From assembly GCF_009914755.1 (NCBI RefSeq), contig NC_060929.1: a stretch of 64,000 nt of DNA; one strand, written 5' to 3'. The first letter of the stretch is position 1; every line of letters begins with the position of its first letter. This stretch comes from the human T2T-CHM13v2.0 reference genome, Homo sapiens. Shown here one piece after another: positions 57,233 through 64,000 of the stretch. The notes under the pieces were generated by a model that saw nothing but the letters and a program-made list of their open reading frames with translations, made no database searches and had not been told where the DNA came from. The position numbers were made by a program, and so were the translations under genes.

Positions 57233-60200
57233 AGGGAAAAGAAAAGAAAGAAAGTAAAGATTTAGAGGAAAAAATAAAGAAAACAGCATGGAAGTAGAAA
57301 TAATACATTTTATTCTTAGCATAATTAGCTAAAACATTATTTACAGTGGGGATGCCTTAATCAGATTATTAATCAAATTAATCAATTTTTGATGTTTTAG
57401 TTTCTGTCAAATTGTGTCATTAAATAAGGAATTTTCTTTGAAAAAAAGGCACTGTGTAAAAACAAACAAAAACAATAAGCAAGCAAACAAGTCTCTTTTT
57501 TGTGCGTACTGGCTTTCAGTCATTTTTCCCCCACATGAAGAAACAGCACGGTTCGTCACCAGACAACTGAAGCAAAGAATTTACCAAACAATCCTGAGTG
57601 TGAGCTACAGAGGATGACCAGGGTATGTTGCAATCTGGTCCTGTTTCATGTCTTACATGTCATCCACTCTTTAGTTAATTTCCTTCTGTCCTCCTTAGGT
57701 ATGAGAAAAAAGTTTGCTTAAAGGAAAACTTGTTTCAGTGTATTTTAATTTCAGATTTTAAAGACCCAGCTCATTCTATAGCATACAAACACATCTTGGG
57801 AAGATTAAATAAAAGAAGTGGGTAAAATTTTGCATTAGATGTGTACAGATGTGATTAAGCAAAACTAGCTCAAAGATTTGCTTGGATTACATTTAATTTT
57901 CTTCACTCCAGGACATATTCTAGTGTCACATCAAATTATATGCCTTATTTTTAAAATTGATAATGGTATTTTATGTATAAAGTGTGAAGACATGAAGACA
58001 GAAATAGAAATATTTTTATAATTATTTCTCCATCAAGTTCTATTTATTTCAAATTTAAATAAGATATTTCTGTAAAATTTAGCCTCTTATTAAGTTAATT
58101 GCATTGAAATTATTTCCAAAGGTAGCTTAAAAAAACAGGTGAATGTGGTTTTTGTGATAAGTTAAAATAATGTAACATATTGGAACTTTTTACAAAATAT
58201 TTAATTTACTACACATTTTTTAAGTTCTGTAACAACTCAGAGGACTTTTCTCAAGTTTCCTGTATAAAAACAAAGCTTTAATGTATAACATATAAAGTAA
58301 GAATTATTTTTTTCATACACAGTAGTTAAAATGTGTAGAATTTAGAGAATATTCAAATATTTAGAAGAGTCTAGAGTGCCTTTTTGAAGGGGTCCCTCTG
58401 CCTCTTGGGAAGGGTTAGAGCATACCAGAGGGCTCCGAGAGCTCCCGCCCTCGGCACAAGAAGGCACATGATCATGGTTGGAGCCTGGTGAGGAAGGCTC
58501 ATGCACTTGTATGGCTGCAGCCACAGACCCCAAAGCACAAAAATCATGTCCTCTACCAGCATCCGTCTAGTAGAATCCCCCATGTGTTCATGACCATCAG
58601 TTAAGTTAATCAATCAGGTGCTAGGTAATCATGGTTAAACTACACACATGTGAAGCAGAGCCGATGGATTTTCCTGGTATTGATTTCTTGTCAGCTTACC
58701 AGCACAAACTGATTTAAGTATGCATCAACTAATCATCACACTGAAAGGCCCAGAATATCAGAGTTTGTTTTAAGAAAGAGCTAGGTCAAATTATATTTCA
58801 CTTCAACTTCAAGCTGACCTATATGTAGTTCCAGAGCAAATACTCTATGACACTTCTTTAGAATCTGTCCCTCTTTCTTCATCTTATACTTCTTACTTTC
58901 TTACTTCATCCTCCAGAAGTTAGTATTCTAAGCTTTTTTCTTTAACTGCCTTTTATGTAGCCTAAAAAATAGCAGACATGATTACTACATTATAAAATGT
59001 ATGATTTGTTGTTAAAATAAACAAAGACAGGTATCTCTGATACCTTTGATATTTGAAATTATTCTGAACCCAGGACCAACTTATTAGGATGCAAACACTA
59101 CCACTGTTATTGCTTTCTACCCTCATTTCTTTTTATTCCTAGGACTCTTAAGGATAAAAGCCTCCCAGCCTCCCACCCTCAGATTCCTATGGCTTATGAA
59201 CATACTGTATTTACAGTTTAACAAGGTGTTTATGATTAAGCAATGTGTTTCTTTCTCAACTGAACCCTTTCCCCTTATGAATACAACCAAATAAATTATT
59301 TTCTCTAGAAGCTTATTTTTAAGTGCTTTTCTTGTTATTATTTCTTGCAGAAGAATTATAAAAACTCCAACCCTGAGACGTGAATTGTCATTGAAAAGAT
59401 TCTCAAGCTCAAAGCCAATGTTAGGGCTTCTTTTAATCTCCTTTCCAAGGTGGCTGCCAATTTTACATGAACTGGGAAGCCTCTATTATTTTTTTCTCTG
59501 CCTTTCTTAAACCAGGAAGATTAACCTGCTCCAGGTTGTGCTAACCAACTTCATTTTCCGAGATTTCTTATTGCACCAAGAGATAGTTACTTTCTGTTGT
59601 AAGTTAAATAGATCAATTCCTATCTTCCTATGTGGCCTTTATTCTGGCTAGCAGATTGTGAGGTCTCCCACCCAAGAGCTGACCATCTCCTTTTCATATC
59701 AATATGCAACACCCTAACAGATATTATTGTTATGCTTGCGCTGGCAGTTTTAGAATTTTCTCTCTGGCTAGACTGCTTCTAGACAAGGCTCACCCAAACT
59801 ACCACAAAGCATGAATTGTTTGGCAATAAACTTTCAGTAAAACACTAATCCACGTGCGTTGTATGATAGCATTTCTTTCTTCATGTTCCCCCTGGAAAAC
59901 TATTACTAAAATGATTGTTTGCCTTACAATTTATGGAGCGTTAGAATTAAAGATGTAGGATATTTCCTTGCACTGCTTATCTGGGTAGAACTTAATGCAA
60001 AGAAAAGTAAACTTCTATGCTTTAGGGGAAGGTTAGATGATTAGATTAAGAAAACAGGTGACCTAGCTTTGCAAAAGAAGTTGAAGAACTTCACAGCTTA
60101 GAAAATTAATTGCCAGCTCAAATATGAGTAAGCATGATTTTCTCCAGTGCTTCCTGCTATCATATGCATTTCTAAAATGCTGCAGAACAGCTCAGCAAGG

Positions 60201-61954
60201 TTGGCAGACTTGAGGCACTCTGTTTGAAAGCACAATTTTCTCTCAATGCTTAAGGATCACTTTGCAATTGCTGTGATTAATTGAAACAATACATTTAAAT
60301 GATGCTGAACTGCCACTAGTTTATTAAAGAGGGCAATTCTCTCCCAAAGCCTCTTTATTCCACACCACATGTTCTGATCCCCAAACATACGTGGCAAGAT
60401 TGCAGGTACTAACTCAGTTTCCATGTGTAATCCTGCTTAGAAATGTATCACAGTAACTGTTAAGTCTTTACTGTCCCCACTTTTGTGATTATGAGGACAA
60501 CACATTTAGAGTAGGGCAATTTAAGTTTGTGTTAGCCAGAGCTGGTGATCATCTCTCACCCCTGACCTTCAGGTTAATGAGAAGTTCCTCTGGATAATTG
60601 TCCTCTCTTACGACAGCCCTGTACTGTGTAATCTTTATCGCTGTAAAATGACATTTAAAGTTTGTTTTACATGAGCAAGTAGGAGAACATTATTTCTGCA
60701 GTGAGCAATAATTATCTGCCTCCTAGCTGAAAATACATGCTGTGGATAAATTGTGTTCATCTGGTAGCCTTTGTTTGCAAGACAAGTTAATTAAAAGAGG
60801 AATGTTGAAAAATATGTTTGCCCACTGAGTGCTGACGGAGTAATAATATTACTTTACAAGAAAACATTACGTGCAAAACAACTTTGGTTTTGTTTTGAAG
60901 TTATGGGAGAAAATGAGGTAAATGTAATGTTCCCACAAGCAAAATTTGATCACACGAAAAAGAATAGATAAGGCAAATTATCTATATTTTAATCAAGCAA
61001 TAAAGGTCTAAAATTATCTGTACCCAAGTGGTATTTGTACTGTTTAGCCAGGACAAGAAATATTGAATCTAAAAACATGGGCTTATTAAAATATCCAAGT
61101 AATTCTTTATACTAAATACTCATATGCCTGGCTGCTACTGGGATCAGTATCTTCACTGAAAATGTAATAACTATTTAATCTGAGCACATAATACAGTTAT
61201 CCCCCATACGCCTTGCAAAAAGCTTCCTTGTAGCTATACATTAAAAAAGAATTTCCTATTTTGGGGAAGAGACTAATAACTCAAGTTGGAATTTATTCAG
61301 CTTTTCTGGAAATAATACACTAATTTTTACCAAATGAATTTTCTCTTGTAAAAAGCATCCTAATATTAAACTCCACATTCAGTCACTGGAATCAGAGTTC
61401 AGTGCTCACACTTGGTGAAAAATGAATTTATAATTAATATTTTTCTTTAACATTTTCTGTAGCATTTTCCACTTATTTATTTTAGCAATAAATGATCTGC
61501 CAGCAGACTTTGTCAACAAAATTTTATAGCCATATCTCCACCTCAAGAAATTGAGGCGCATACTTCCTAAGGTCATGTATCTCTGTAACCAATCAACACT
61601 TTCATCTGGGCAAGGCCATCACCACTGAACTGGGCCTTTTCTCCATTGCTATTCCAACTGGTACAGCAATGAGTATGATATTACATCAAACCTCTAACTT
61701 TCCAGGGAAAGGCTAAAGTGACATACAATTAGGTTGGTTAATGGCTCTCATTTTGTCTGTTTAGTACAAAAATCTGTTTATAAAATCAACATTTTAACGC
61801 AAGTTTATGATTTAAAGTTACACATTTTAATCTTTTGTAATAGGAAATGGCGGTAAAAAAGGTATGGCCCGTTTATCAAGCTTTTCCCAAACTTTCCATG
61901 TTTACACTCACTGCCTTTGAAGTACTTTGAAGAAATCTATGGAGAGTCTTTATT

Positions 61955-62103
61955 TCTAACTCAGACTAGTTGAGAATCTGATAAAAAATAGATAAAGCTT
62001 CTCTGAAACCAGCAACATATCCACGGATTTTGCATACAATTTCAGGAGATTAATGAAAAACTTGAAGTTCATGGGTCCATGAATCCAAAGGTGAGAACAT
62101 CTG
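61955..62103. mobile_element. MER103-like hAT fragment
   Basis: ttgagaatctgataaaa...ttttgcatacaatttcagg...ggtgagaacatctg. Confidence 0.6.
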
Positions 62104-62515
62104 AAAAAGATCTTGATATTGTGTCCATTTTAGGGTTCTTACCATCCGTACTCAAAATACCTTCCTTCATTTAACACTATTCCTTTAAAGCTGGTGTGAT
62201 CGTCAAGCATTTTTATTGTTTTCACTCACTGAAGCAAATTGTTGTGTTCCTGTCAAGGACATTCTTTGTTTTTAAGAATTAATCTTTCCCAAGATTAGGT
62301 TGGGAAAGTGTGAGGTGGGAACTTCTAGGTTGTAGTATGAGGTAGAAAATGTGTATTATTTCACTCACAATTTTCCGGCCTTTCTCCACTCATTTCCTCT
62401 CCATCACTCTCTTAGGAATCTGCTTCTACTAACAGCTCTTGTTCATTTTATTTTTCTATGAATCCACTCTCTTATGGATGACAGATTTTCACTCCCACAT
62501 AAACTTTCCTCCTAG

Positions 62516-62971
<456 letters not shown>

Positions 62972-63739
62972 TCATTTTCACTTTTAACTAATGCAATTGA
63001 TTTCCTTAGTAAAATAATGCTGTAATAATGAAATGTTAGTCAAGTAACCAGAATAATAGAAGTGCCATATGTGGAAAAGAAGGCAACTGACATTAATGCT
63101 ATTCCAATTATTTCCTGGGTTCTATTTTTAGAGATACATGCCCAATCATATTTTCCATAAATAAATGTGCCTCTAGTTGCACTACTCAAAAGGATAGCTT
63201 TGTCTCCATTCTGAACTGAGAAATACATGCCAAAATACTGTATGTAGTCTCTCTTGCAAGTTGTATCACATTTACTTGACAATGGTAAAATGTAGCTATT
63301 ACTCCATTAAACAATAAACAAATGCACTCATAAATAAACACATGAGTAAAAGAGCATTTATATAATAGTTATGTGCATTTATACATATAAACATTCACAC
63401 ACATGCATAGATAAAGGAAAGATGTGGAATATAAAGAGAGAATCAAAGGGTGATTTTACCTAAATATGCAAAGTATCTGTGAGAAAAAAAATTTAAAATA
63501 TTGTCAGAAAATAAAATAGATAAAGTGAGGTGGAATGTTCTGTTGCAATACAAAATTACTCTTATAAGGAATCCTGGTCATTAGTATTCAAAAATATGTA
63601 ATAATTTAAAATAAGTGGGAAAAAGAATGTTTTGACAATAAGACTATATAGCATTTTTATAAATCATTTGCAGTTTTGTAACTACTTATTGCTCTGTAAA
63701 ATACTACTTCAAAATTGAACGATTTAAAACAAACTTTTA

Positions 63740-64000
63740 CTGTCATGCAACACTTAGCAATGGGAATAGTTTCTGAGAAATGTATCATTAAGGGATTTAG
63801 TTGTTGTGTGAACATCATAGAATGTACTTATACAAATCTAGATCATATGGCCCACTACACACCAAGGCTATATGGCCTATTGCTCTGCACTGCATGCTGG
63901 TGTACTGAATACTGTAGGCAAGAGTAGAACAATGGTGTTTGTGTATCTAAACATAGAAAAGGTACAACAAAAAATACAGTGTTATAATCTTATGGGACCA
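63740..64000. mobile_element. Tigger3a/MER7A-like element running off the window end
   Basis: TA + ctgtcatgc TIR, tttctgagaaatg...aatcttatgggacca; same orientation as 31453-32072. Confidence 0.85.

Noticed and set aside
57520-57622. Possible exon bounded by ttttcag-like acceptor and GTATGT donor
   Set aside because: Stops in all three frames and weak splice context; no support
61540-61558. Hairpin cctcaa-GAAA-ttgagg with a GNRA loop
   Set aside because: An isolated 6-8 bp stem, expected by chance

Overview
AT-rich primate (human-like) non-coding DNA. I found no intact host protein-coding gene, RNA gene, CRISPR array or prokaryote-type system. The main feature is an 8.6-kb full-length but decayed class I endogenous retrovirus at 4199-12814 (+). 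It has LTR19-like LTRs, a perfect 18-nt tRNA-Phe primer-binding site (HERV-F group) and disrupted gag/pro/pol/env. The rest is interspersed repeats (about 11 Alus, a 5'-truncated L1MA, MIR/L2, Tigger3, MER1A, MER53, MER103, MaLR fragments, a solo LTR1-like LTR), microsatellites and repeat-poor unique stretches. Most ORFs in the track are Alu, L1 or low-complexity artefacts. I did not find a convincing new biological system. The most interesting unexplained structures are a 138-bp tandem duplication in the proviral leader, a nested inverted-repeat cluster at 40.3-40.5 kb, a run of hairpins containing an ER6 nuclear-receptor-type element at 47.5 kb, and an enhancer-like motif cluster at 25.7-26.4 kb. 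Subfamily names and divergence values are by-eye estimates, not database results.
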